Below, in pieces: positions 8,781 through 18,228 of a stretch of 37,962 bases of DNA. The notes below the pieces were generated by a model, which saw nothing but the letters and a program-made list of their open reading frames with translations, was not told the DNA's origin and searched no databases. Source of the DNA: Bacillota bacterium (lineage in GTDB: Bacteria; Bacillota; Clostridia; Christensenellales; Aristaeellaceae). Numbering within the stretch: the first letter of the stretch is position 1; every line of letters starts with the position of its first letter. A program made the translations under genes and the position numbers. Where the stretch lies: contig JAEWNM010000041.1 of assembly GCA_023392755.1 (NCBI GenBank), forward strand, positions 1 to 37,962. Direction: 5' to 3'.

Positions 8781-9258
8781 GAAGCCACGCCTCCTTTTCC
8801 CCTTCCATTTCCGTGCGAAGCGTATCGCGCGCCCGGCTCAGCCTGCTTCTGACCGTGCTTTGAGGTATGTGAAGCAGCCGGGCAATTTGCTCATAGGAAT
8901 ATCCTTCAAGATAATGCAGCACCAGCGGCAGGCGCAGCCTTTCGGGCAGGCTTTCCACTGCCCACTGCAATGCCGGATCGGGCGCGCGGGATGGATATGC
9001 GGCATCCACTTCGTTTTGAAGCAGATATTTCCGTTTTCTTCGCAGCAGTGTATGGCATTCATTGATCAGGATGCGTGTAATCCACGTGCCAAACAGGGTT
9101 TTGTCACGCAGCTTATGCCGGCTCTCCCATGATTTGAGCATCGCTTCCTGCAAGGCATCCTTGCAGTCCTCATCATTTCGCAGGATTGTGCGCGCGACAC
9201 GGTAGAGCATTTCGCTCTTACCATCCACGAGCGCAACAAAATCCTTTTTGTCGATCAT
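8767..9258 (-). CDS. RNA polymerase ECF-type sigma-70 factor
   Basis: Region 2 (LYRVARTILRNDEDCKDALQEAMLKSW, FGTWITRILINECHTLLRRK) and region 4 (LPERLRLPLVLHYLEGYSYEQIARLLHIPQSTVRSRLSRAR). Start at MIDKKD follows RBS GGGGTGAA. Confidence 0.9.
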   Translation of the reverse strand: MIDKKDFVALVDGKSEMLYRVARTILRNDEDCKDALQEAMLKSWESRHKLRDKTLFGTWITRILINECHTLLRRKRKYLLQNEVDAAYPSRAPDPALQWAVESLPERLRLPLVLHYLEGYSYEQIARLLHIPQSTVRSRLSRARDTLRTEMEGEKEAWLHEAQ

Positions 9259-9583
9259 GCGTTTCACCCCATATCCGCCTTGCTGTAACGCGTTACATGA
9301 ATTAGACGCGGTTGCAGCCGGAATCCTCATGCTTGGACAAAAATATTTTGGTAATTCTGGCGTCAGTAACCATGCGGATAAAAGGCAAACTGCCGTGAGC
9401 GGTGAATTTTTTGCGTTGGAGTACTGTGGATTACGTTCTCAAACCATTCCCCCACTGAATATAAGCAATTGGAGGATGGGATTTTCAAGGCTTGACGGCA
9501 TGGTTTCGCTTGCAAAAAAGCGCCGGAAACCTATTGCGTCATGCATGCCGTTGTTTCAAAGAAAGCATGAAAGGGGGGGCACT

Positions 9584-9913
9584 ATGTTTGAGAGCAAAAT
9601 GGTCAGGATTGAAAAGGCAATCAGGAAGGGAAATGAGCAATCGCTCATCAAGCTGGCGGATTCCAAGGATATGGAATGCAGATTGGCAGCCATTTCCGGC
9701 CTTGGAAAAACAAAAGGCGATGAAGGGTTCAACTACCTCATACTGCTTGTGAGAAACCAGGATGCCAGGATTCGCGCCGCGGCGGCAAACGCCCTGGGGG
9801 AGACAGGCAACCCCCATGCCAAGGCGTATATCAAGGCGCAGTTCAAGGTGGAAACAGACCCGCTGGCGCGTGAGGCCCTTGCCAGCGCCGGTGCAAAAAT
9901 CAAGGAATTCTAA
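9584..9913 (+). CDS. HEAT-repeat domain protein
   Basis: 109 aa with RBS AAAGGGGGGG upstream of the ATG at 9584. Repeats of the type D..CRLAAISGLG and DARIRAAAANALGETGNPHA. Confidence 0.6.
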   Translation: MFESKMVRIEKAIRKGNEQSLIKLADSKDMECRLAAISGLGKTKGDEGFNYLILLVRNQDARIRAAAANALGETGNPHAKAYIKAQFKVETDPLAREALASAGAKIKEF

Positions 9914-10038
9914 ACATGCCATTGTGCGGGAGGACACGCTTGTTTGCCGTGCCGGCAAAAGCAAGGACAGGGCCGCTTTGGCCTTTGGGTGCAGGTGCCA
10001 GCTTAACTGACGGCAACGCATTGAAATGGAAAATGGAA

Positions 10039-10078
10039 CGCCGATAAGCAGCCCGGCAGGGCGGCTTATCGGCGTTTA
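10039..10078 (+). terminator. Intrinsic terminator after the HEAT-repeat gene
   Basis: CGCCGATAAGC-(14-nt loop)-GCTTATCGGCG, an 11-bp perfect stem followed by TTT. Confidence 0.55.
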
Positions 10079-10271
10079 TGTACGCATTTTAAGAATGCCG
10101 GAACAGGAAATCATGCCACCCAAAACGGCATTGACTTCTTCCACCATTATTATAGCATGCTTTTGAAACAATAACCAGACTGTATATTCCGGCGGGAATG
10201 TGCTAGACTACATGCACGTCGGAGTACGCCGGCCCCCATATGCGGCAACGGACGAAAGGGGATGCAGGGCA

Positions 10272-12521
10272 ATGAGCAAGGCGCAGGAGCAGGGCGAGCA
10301 GGAGGCTGAAAGCCTGTACCTGAAGCAAACGGTCGCCACCGCCCGCAGGCAATGGATGCTTGCAAGGCAAAGGGTACACGGCCAGGAGGCGGATATATCT
10401 TCTGCGTATGAGGATATGCAGGAGTATGTAACCCATGAGGTATCGGGCCTTTACTCCATGCAGGGCTTTCACGACCTGGTGGAATTGAGCCAGTACGCAA
10501 TGCCTGTGTCGGGGCAGATCTCCGCCCATGAAGCCGGGGTTCAGGCCATACGCACTTTGGAAAGAATGATGGACTCCCCTTACTTTGCCAGAATCGATTT
10601 CCGTTTTGACGGGGATGAGGCGGCGGAAAAAATCTATATCGGGCGCGCTACGCTGATGGATCAGCAAACGATGTCCATCTATGTACACGATTGGCGGGCG
10701 CCCATATCCAGCATGTTCTACCGTTTTGGGATAGGCCGCGCATCCTATAAAGCCCCCAGCGGCACGGTCCATGGCGAGATGAGCCTGAAAAGGCAGTATG
10801 AAATACAGCGGGGCGAGCTTTGTTATTTCTTTGATGCGGATGTACAGATCATCGACGAATACCTCCGGCAGCTGTTGTCCAGGCCCGCTTCCCCGAACAT
10901 GAAGACCATTGTGGAAACCATTCAAAGGGATCAGGACATAGTAATACGGGATATGGAAAACGACGTATTGATGGTGCAGGGCGCAGCGGGCAGCGGCAAA
11001 ACCTCCATCGCGCTGCACAGAATTGCCTACCTTACGTATCAAGGGCTTGGCAGCAGGCTTAACGCCAACGACATCCTCATCCTCTCGCCCAATACGGTAT
11101 TCGAGGAATACATATCCCACGTTCTTCCGGAGCTGGGAGAAAACCACGTTAAGACGCTGCTGTTTGAAGACATGTTTCATAAAATTCTGCCAGGGGTTCC
11201 GATTCAGTCAAGGGGCCAATGCATAGAGCAATTGCTTGCCACGGAAGACGATGTCCAGGCGGCGCTTAGCAATAGCTGCGCCGCGCTGAAGGGGTCGGCC
11301 GCGTTTATCCGTATGCTGGACCGGTTGGTGCTGGAACTGCCCCGGAAGTGGATTGCCTACCGGGATATCGATTATGCCGGCCAAACGATTGCCCGGCGGG
11401 AATTGGAAAAAACCGCCCTATGCAACTCCAAAAAAATCGCGCCGCTGGGTGTTCAGCTCAAGTGGCTGGAAAGCGAAATACTGGAAAGGGCACATGGGTT
11501 GCGCAAGCGGCGCATGCAGAAGCTGGAGCAGTTTGCCGCGCTGTATCCGGAGCACGCGATGGAAGTGGAAGCGTTTTCCAGGTGGCTGTCCATACGGGAA
11601 AGCGCCGTTCTACTTAGGGAAATCAAAGCGTTTACCCATATTGATGCCCTGGCTGTATACCGCAGGCTGTTCAACGACGAGAAGTGCTTTTACCGCCTGT
11701 TTGATGGCATACCGCTGCCTGACAACATTGAGGAAATCCGCCGCCTGACATGCAGTCGTCTGTCCGGGGAACGGCTGTATAGCGACGATGCCCAGGCGCT
11801 GCTGTATTTGCATATACGCATCCACGGCTTCGGGGAATACACGCATATGCGCCAAGTGGTGCTGGATGAGGCGCAGGATGAGTATCCGCTGTATTTTGCC
11901 ATACTGCGCGAACTGTTCCCCTACGCCCGCTATACGATACTGGGCGATGTGAACCAGACCATCGGAAAGCAGGCGGACATATCGCTGTATGACCTAATTG
12001 GCAAAACGCTGGGCAAGGAAAAGTCCACGCTGGTTTCCATGGAAAAAAGCTTCCGGTGCACCATGGAAATATGGCGGTTCAGCACAAGATTCCTGGAACC
12101 GGGCACGGCCGGCCAGTGCTTCAGCCGCAGCGGTGAGGAGCCGGCCGTCCACAGGGCCGAAGACCTTTCACAGATGGATGAAATGCTGATACGGGAAGTG
12201 GCCGCCTGCAAGGAAAAAGGACACCAGTCCATCGGGCTGATCGCAAAGACGGAGCGGGATGCGTTTGCGCTGTATGGACGGCTGAAGCACAGGCTGGATG
12301 TGCGTTTGATTCATAACGGGGCCATGGCGGACATACGCGGCACGCTCATCCTGCCCATTTATCTGGCAAAGGGGCTGGAGTTTGACGCCGTGCTTGTGTG
12401 CGGCACGGATCAAAAGCATTACCATGCACAAAGCGACAAACGGCTGCTGTACATTGCATGCACAAGAGCGCTGCACCGGCTGAACCTTTTTTACATGGGG
12501 GAGATTAGCCCGCTGCTGTGA
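10272..12521 (+). CDS. helD: HelD-type UvrD-like helicase (RNA polymerase recycling ATPase)
   Basis: About 750 aa. N-terminal coiled-coil region, Walker A VQGAAGSGKTSIALHRIAYL, DEAQD box VVLDEAQDEY, C-terminal LLYIACTRALHRLNLFY. Start at MSKAQEQ follows RBS AAAGGGGA. Confidence 0.8.
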   Translation: MSKAQEQGEQEAESLYLKQTVATARRQWMLARQRVHGQEADISSAYEDMQEYVTHEVSGLYSMQGFHDLVELSQYAMPVSGQISAHEAGVQAIRTLERMMDSPYFARIDFRFDGDEAAEKIYIGRATLMDQQTMSIYVHDWRAPISSMFYRFGIGRASYKAPSGTVHGEMSLKRQYEIQRGELCYFFDADVQIIDEYLRQLLSRPASPNMKTIVETIQRDQDIVIRDMENDVLMVQGAAGSGKTSIALHRIAYLTYQGLGSRLNANDILILSPNTVFEEYISHVLPELGENHVKTLLFEDMFHKILPGVPIQSRGQCIEQLLATEDDVQAALSNSCAALKGSAAFIRMLDRLVLELPRKWIAYRDIDYAGQTIARRELEKTALCNSKKIAPLGVQLKWLESEILERAHGLRKRRMQKLEQFAALYPEHAMEVEAFSRWLSIRESAVLLREIKAFTHIDALAVYRRLFNDEKCFYRLFDGIPLPDNIEEIRRLTCSRLSGERLYSDDAQALLYLHIRIHGFGEYTHMRQVVLDEAQDEYPLYFAILRELFPYARYTILGDVNQTIGKQADISLYDLIGKTLGKEKSTLVSMEKSFRCTMEIWRFSTRFLEPGTAGQCFSRSGEEPAVHRAEDLSQMDEMLIREVAACKEKGHQSIGLIAKTERDAFALYGRLKHRLDVRLIHNGAMADIRGTLILPIYLAKGLEFDAVLVCGTDQKHYHAQSDKRLLYIACTRALHRLNLFYMGEISPLL

Positions 12522-12575
12522 TGGCGCGGCCTGGTGAAGGGAGGATTCTGCTTGGTTATTTACAAGGTAACAAGG

Positions 12576-12842
12576 ATGCTGGCGGATATCATCAGCGCGG
12601 ATGAGGAGGACATTTCGCCGAAAATGGCCCTGACCAGCGTCAACGGCGTTTATCCCATTGATCTGGCCGGCTTGATCATCGCATGCGAGAAGGAATTTCG
12701 GATCACCATTCATGATGAGGATGTGCTCACCTTCGGCTGCATTGCCGACCTTGCGGCATACATTGATCAAATGAAACTGGACGGCCTGGCGGAAACGCCC
12801 GAGCGCACGGAAGAAGACCGCACCGCATGGTTTTACGAATAG
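12576..12842 (+). CDS. Acyl-carrier-protein-like small protein lacking the phosphopantetheine serine
   Basis: Aligns to the ACP core (LGxDSLDxVEL...EF.I.I.DED) as NGVYPIDLAGLIIACEKEFRITIHDEDVLTFGCIADLAAYI, with Pro in place of the modified Ser. The start is uncertain (GTG 12534 or ATG 12576). Confidence 0.45.
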   Translation: MLADIISADEEDISPKMALTSVNGVYPIDLAGLIIACEKEFRITIHDEDVLTFGCIADLAAYIDQMKLDGLAETPERTEEDRTAWFYE

Positions 12843-12888
12843 CCTCATCAGCGCACACTGGCAATCCGCGGCGTCCCATGGTAAAATA

Positions 12889-13989
12889 ATGGCAGATATC
12901 ACCCTTGAAAAAAATGCCATTCAAAAGACAAAACTTTCCAAGGCGCGCAAACATACGCCTGATGAACGGAGGATGCGTTTGGACGGCTGGAAAACCTGCC
13001 TCAAGGCTGATCCCACGCCTTGGCTTTTGGAGGCGGAAAACCCGTCGGTGCGTTTATTCACGCTGACGGATATACTGGATAAACCGGAAGGTGATCCGGC
13101 GGTGCAGGACGCCCGGCAGGCGGTCATGCAGGCCGGCATGGTGCCCGATATCCTGTCAAGGCAGCGGGAGCCAGCGTATCTTAAGGCCTACCCCGCCTTT
13201 TACACCGGCAAATACAAGGGCCTTGTATGGTCGCTGATCGTGCTGGCGGAGCTGGGTGCCCAGCCCAACGCGCAGATCAGGGAGCAATGCGAATACCTGC
13301 TTGATTATTCCCAGGAAACGCAGGACGGCGGCTTTTCGCAGCATGCGGCGGCGAAAGCGGGCGGGGGCAGGGTCAGCGAGGTCATCCCCTGTCTGACCGG
13401 GAATATGGTATGGAGTCTTGTTCGCTTGGGCTATCTTCATGACACACGGGTGCAAAAGGGCATCGATTGGCTCACACGGTATATGCGTTTCAACGACGGC
13501 GTGGAAAAAGAACCCCAGGTTCCGCCATATGACCATTATGAAGCGTGCTGGGGCAGGCATACCTGTCATATGGGCGTTGTGAAGGCACTCAAGGCATTCA
13601 GCGCCATACCGGAAGGGGAGCGGACCGCCGCCGTAAGCGATACGATTCAAAAGGCCGCCGAATTCATGCTGATCCACCATATTTACAGGCAAAGCCACAA
13701 CCTGAAACGAACCTCCAAGCCCGGCTGGCTGAAATTCGGCTTTCCCCTGATGTATCAGACGGACGTGCTGGAGATACTGGACATACTTGTCACGCTTGGC
13801 ATACATGACAGCCGCATGGAGGATGCCGTGGGCCTTGTAATTGAAGCGCAGGATGATATGGGCAGGTGGTGCCTTAATAACACCTATGGCAGCGACCGGC
13901 TGCTGATTCCCATGGGCCGCAAGGACGAACAAAGCAAATGGCTTACGCTAAGAGCCGTGAGGGTTTTGAAGAGGCATATGTGCAGATAA
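12889..13989 (+). CDS. Hypothetical protein, possibly a prenyltransferase/squalene-cyclase-like alpha/alpha-toroid repeat protein
   Basis: 366-aa ORF with good coding appearance and repeated aromatic/Gly-rich segments (QDGGFSQHAA, GNMVWSLVRLGYL, DDMGRWCLNNTYG). The fold assignment is from memory only. Confidence 0.4.
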   Translation: MADITLEKNAIQKTKLSKARKHTPDERRMRLDGWKTCLKADPTPWLLEAENPSVRLFTLTDILDKPEGDPAVQDARQAVMQAGMVPDILSRQREPAYLKAYPAFYTGKYKGLVWSLIVLAELGAQPNAQIREQCEYLLDYSQETQDGGFSQHAAAKAGGGRVSEVIPCLTGNMVWSLVRLGYLHDTRVQKGIDWLTRYMRFNDGVEKEPQVPPYDHYEACWGRHTCHMGVVKALKAFSAIPEGERTAAVSDTIQKAAEFMLIHHIYRQSHNLKRTSKPGWLKFGFPLMYQTDVLEILDILVTLGIHDSRMEDAVGLVIEAQDDMGRWCLNNTYGSDRLLIPMGRKDEQSKWLTLRAVRVLKRHMCR

Positions 13990-14024
13990 ATGCCTTTGGT
14001 TTGCCGATCATGAAAGGAAATCAC

Positions 14025-15598
14025 ATGTTCAGGCCGCAATTTGCAAGAAAATATTCCGAAGACACGGGCTTTCGGCGAACGCAGCAGGGCAAGCCGCTGA
14101 CACGCTTTTTACGCATGGTGGAAACGTTTGGGCTTATTATCGGAATCATGGCGGCCGCCACGTTCATTTCCTTAATGTTCAGAAACCTGGGCTTTCATGA
14201 ATCCAACTATATCATGACCTACAACCTGGGCGTCGTATTGATCGCCTACCTTACGGAAGGGTATTGGTACGGTATTGCCGCTTCTCTTTTGGGGATGCTG
14301 ACATTCAACTACTTTTTTACCGTGCCGTACTATACGCTGGTCGCATACAGCCCGGAATATCCTGTCACATTCATTATCATGCTGATTACGGCGCTGATCG
14401 CAAGCACATTGACGGCCCGGGCCAAACGGGAATCCCAGCGGGCCGAAACGCGGGAAAAGCGCATCCATATCCTTTATCAGTTGGAAAAGAACCTGCTGGC
14501 CGCCAACAGCAAGCCCCAGCTTATCAAAGTGGCGTCCAAGGATATCAGCGGCCTGTTTGACGCTTCCGTCATGATCCTGGTGTCCGACCTGGACGGCGAA
14601 CTGTCCATGCGCCATGTGGTGGGCACCGATATCTTCCAGGAGGAGCGGGAAAAGGCCGCCATGATGGAAACCTACCGTTCCGGCATGGCCAGCGGTACCA
14701 GAAAGGAACTGTTTTCCTTTTGCAGCGCCTATTACCTGCCTGTCAACGGCCCCAGCGGCGTGCTGGGTGTCATCGGCATCGCTTTTCCCGACAAGTACAT
14801 GCTCTTAGAAAGCCAGAAGATGTTCCTGGATACCATCAGCGCCCAAATCGCCCTGGCATTGGAGCGGGAGCGGCTGTACGAAAAGCAGCAGCGGACCAAA
14901 ATGGAAATAGAAAAGGAACGGCTGCGGGGCAACTTGCTGCGTTCCGTATCCCATGATCTGAGAACGCCGCTAACCAGCATACTGGGTTCCGTAGGAACGA
15001 TGATTGAAAATTATGACGTGCTGGACGACGCGGTATGCAAAGACTTCTTAAGCGACATTTACGGGGAGGCCGAGTGGCTGAGCGCCCTGGTGGAAAACAT
15101 ACTGAGCCTGACACGGCTGGAGGGCGGAAAGATCGCGCTGCACAAGGAAATGGAGGCGGTGGAAGAGATTGTTGCCGAGGCCGTCTCCCGCGTGAAGAAA
15201 CGGGCCGGGCAGCATGTGATCGATATTGCGATCCCGACGGAACTGCTGATGATCCCCATGGACGGCACGCTGATTGAACAGGTGCTGGTAAACCTTTTGG
15301 ACAACGCCATCAAGCACACCCCTGCCCATGCCGCCATCAGGATCGCCGTGCGCCGGGAAAAGGGACGGGCGGTATTTGAGGTCAGCGACAACGGACAGGG
15401 GATTCCGGATAACGACCTTCCCTTCATTTTTGACCGTTACTTCACAAAGCCGCCCGGCGGCACGAACCGGCGGGGCATCGGTATCGGGCTTTCCATATGC
15501 GATTCCATTGTCAAGGCCCATGGCGGAGAGATTGCCGCGGAAAACAAATCTTCAGGCGGTGCGGTGTTCCGGTTTACGCTGCCCACGGAGGAAAACGA

Positions 15599-15602
<4 letters not shown>
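14025..15602 (+). CDS. kdpD: KdpD-like sensor histidine kinase lacking the N-terminal KdpD/Usp sensor module
   Basis: Starts with a four-TM DUF4118-like block, then a GAF-like region, H-box LRSVSHDLRTPLTSILG and HATPase motifs (LDNAIKHTP, DNGQGIP, GIGIGLSIC). RBS AAAGGAA lies before the ATG at 14025. Confidence 0.75.
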
Positions 15603-16294
<692 letters not shown>

Positions 16295-16316
16295 AGGTAT
16301 ATACACCGATTTTTTT

Positions 16317-16339
16317 GCCGCCTGCGGGCGGCTTTTTTT
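16317..16339 (+). terminator. Intrinsic terminator after kdpE
   Basis: GCCGCC-tgcg-GGCGGC followed by TTTTTTT, and preceded by TTTTTTT. Confidence 0.7.
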
Positions 16340-16432
16340 CACAAAGTCTTAACTGCCGTGGCCGGATATTCACAGCATCCTTATTCCGCATCCGCTATAA
16401 TACAATCATTCTCCGGAAGGGAAGGATCAGCA

Positions 16433-16771
16433 ATGCAAAAGGATGAATTTTCATCCGCCTATTGGGCGGCGGTGGAAAAGGCCGCCCTTGCCTTGAAAAA
16501 AGGGGATTTCCCTTTGTCGCGCTCAAGCATTGCCAACGCCATGGCAATGAATATGGATGCCCCGGAACCCCATAACCTGCTGGGCATATTCTACGAGCTT
16601 CTGGGCGACGACAGGGCCGCCAGGCAGCACTACCGGGCCGCCTACGCGCTGGACCCCACATACAAGCCCTGCTGCCGCAATCTGGAAAGGCTGGCCCTGT
16701 ATGGCTGGAACGCATCATCCGGCGGCCTTGACTTTGGCGTTTTTGCGCCGCAGGATGGCAGCGGCGCTTGA
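16433..16771 (+). CDS. Tetratricopeptide-repeat protein
   Basis: 112 aa with RBS GGGAAGGA. TPR-like segment PHNLLGIFYELLGDDRAARQHYRAAYALDPTY. Confidence 0.55.
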   Translation: MQKDEFSSAYWAAVEKAALALKKGDFPLSRSSIANAMAMNMDAPEPHNLLGIFYELLGDDRAARQHYRAAYALDPTYKPCCRNLERLALYGWNASSGGLDFGVFAPQDGSGA

Positions 16772-16814
16772 AACTGACGCAAATGCGGCAACAGCCGCAA
16801 AGAGGTGGATTGTT

Positions 16815-17429
16815 ATGTATGTAATCATTGCGGGCTGCCGCAAGGTAGGCTCCAATCTCGCGCTGGAACTGGCGCAGGAAAACCACGACGTGGTCGTTAT
16901 TGACAGCGATTCCGGCCATTTTGATGCGTTGGGCGCCGGCTTCAACGGCGTAACCATCGCGGGCATGCCCATAGACGAGGATGTTTTGCGCGGCGCCGGC
17001 GTGGAGCAGGCGGATGCGCTGGCGGCCGTTACGGATGATGACAACATGAATATCATGGTGTCCCAGGTCGCAAGGGAGCTGTTTCATGTGCCGGTGGTCA
17101 TCACCAGAGTGTACGATCCCCAGCGCGAGGCCTTTATGGGCAAAATGGGGCTGACCACCATCTGCCCCACTACGCTGGCGGTACAAAAAATCAAAGGCCT
17201 GCTCCTGCGCCAAAGCCAGGCAGAAATACTGAATATCCATGGCACAGGTGTCTCCTTTCGGGTCGTTAAGCCCGCGCGCCGCCTGATCGGGAAGAGCATG
17301 GGAGAAATCAGGGAGGAATCCATTCTGGGCATCATCAGAAACGACATATTTTTTCTGCTGACGCCCAAAACGCTCATTGAACACAACGACATGCTTGTCG
17401 TCGCGGACTATGCATCCATGGGAGTGTGA
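16815..17429 (+). CDS. trkA: TrkA/KtrA-type potassium uptake regulatory subunit (RCK_N + RCK_C), copy 1
   Basis: MYVIIAGCRKVGSNLALELAQENHDVVVID Rossmann start and a C-terminal RCK_C-like segment (RVVKPARRLIGKSMGEI). Confidence 0.8.
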   Translation: MYVIIAGCRKVGSNLALELAQENHDVVVIDSDSGHFDALGAGFNGVTIAGMPIDEDVLRGAGVEQADALAAVTDDDNMNIMVSQVARELFHVPVVITRVYDPQREAFMGKMGLTTICPTTLAVQKIKGLLLRQSQAEILNIHGTGVSFRVVKPARRLIGKSMGEIREESILGIIRNDIFFLLTPKTLIEHNDMLVVADYASMGV

Positions 17430-17435
17430 ACCAGA

Positions 17436-18101
17436 TTGTATATTGTGATCGTAGGGGGCGGAAAGGTTGGCTACTATCTGGCCAAAACACTTGCCCCCGA
17501 AAAGCACAGATTGGTGCTTTTGGAAGAGGATGAAGCACAATGCGGCAAAATTGCCGGCGAATTGAACGATCTTCATATCTCGCTTGTCCGCGGGGACGGT
17601 ACAGACATCCATTCCCTGCGCGACGCCGGAATCGAACAGGCCGATATGCTGATTGCGGTCACAGGCCATGACCAGAACAACCTGGTGGCCTGCCAGCTGG
17701 CCAAAAGCTATTTCGGCGTGCCGCGCACCATAGCGCGGGTCAACAATCCCAAGAACATTCAGGTGTTCAAGGAACTGGGCGTCGATTCCGTTGTGAGCAG
17801 CACCGCGCATATCGCCGGCATCATCGGCCATGAAGTAGACTGGGCCGGCATCAACCAAATGCTGGCCCACAAGGTTGGGGATGTGCGAATAAAAGATATG
17901 CAGGTGTCCGAATCCTCGGCGGCGGCCGGCAGGACCGTGGCCAACCTGGCCTTGCCCAAGGGCACTGTTTTGATCTGCGTAATCAGGGAAAAAAACGCCT
18001 TCATTCCCGACGGGCAAACGCAAATCCTGGGTGGCGACAGCGTTATCGCCATTTCCCACGAGGACAACATGGCCAAATTAACCGACTACTTTTCCATCTG
18101 A
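17436..18101 (+). CDS. trkA: TrkA/KtrA-type potassium uptake regulatory subunit, copy 2
   Basis: TTG start. YIVIVGGGKVGYYLAKTLAPEKHRLVLLEED (GxGxxG) and an RCK_C segment (MQVSESSAAAGRTVANLALPKGTVLICVIRE). Confidence 0.8.
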   Translation: MYIVIVGGGKVGYYLAKTLAPEKHRLVLLEEDEAQCGKIAGELNDLHISLVRGDGTDIHSLRDAGIEQADMLIAVTGHDQNNLVACQLAKSYFGVPRTIARVNNPKNIQVFKELGVDSVVSSTAHIAGIIGHEVDWAGINQMLAHKVGDVRIKDMQVSESSAAAGRTVANLALPKGTVLICVIREKNAFIPDGQTQILGGDSVIAISHEDNMAKLTDYFSI

Positions 18102-18116
18102 CAGGAGGGAATATCC

Positions 18117-18221
18117 ATGAAAAAAATACGGGATGGCATTATGGGCATGCTGGCGGAAATATTGTTTGCCGGCGGGCTTATAATGGCAGGCTTATTCCTG
18201 TCGTTTTTGGGCGGGCGGTGA
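18117..18221 (+). CDS. 34-aa hydrophobic peptide between trkA and trkH (absent from the ORF track)
   Basis: ATG at 18117 is preceded by AGGAGGG with a 6-7 nt spacer. Product MKKIRDGIMGMLAEILFAGGLIMAGLFLSFLGGR has a basic N-terminus plus one TM helix. Its stop is 7 nt before the trkH ATG. Confidence 0.55.
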   Translation: MKKIRDGIMGMLAEILFAGGLIMAGLFLSFLGGR

Positions 18222-18228
18222 AGAGCCC

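Noticed and set aside
10203-11180. 325-aa minus-strand ORF, plus similar long antisense ORFs at 5103-5948, 12168-12920, 13156-13932, 20694-21545, 22920-23792, 35256-36026 and 36731-37738
   Set aside because: Each lies entirely opposite a gene with strong family motifs (HelD, ABC ATPase, toroid protein, CorA, MocR, VanW, Fba). None has an RBS or recognisable motifs.
16395-18059. 554-aa ORF on the minus strand
   Set aside because: It is antisense to the TPR and both trkA genes, has no recognisable domains, and has a biased composition. It is a shadow ORF.
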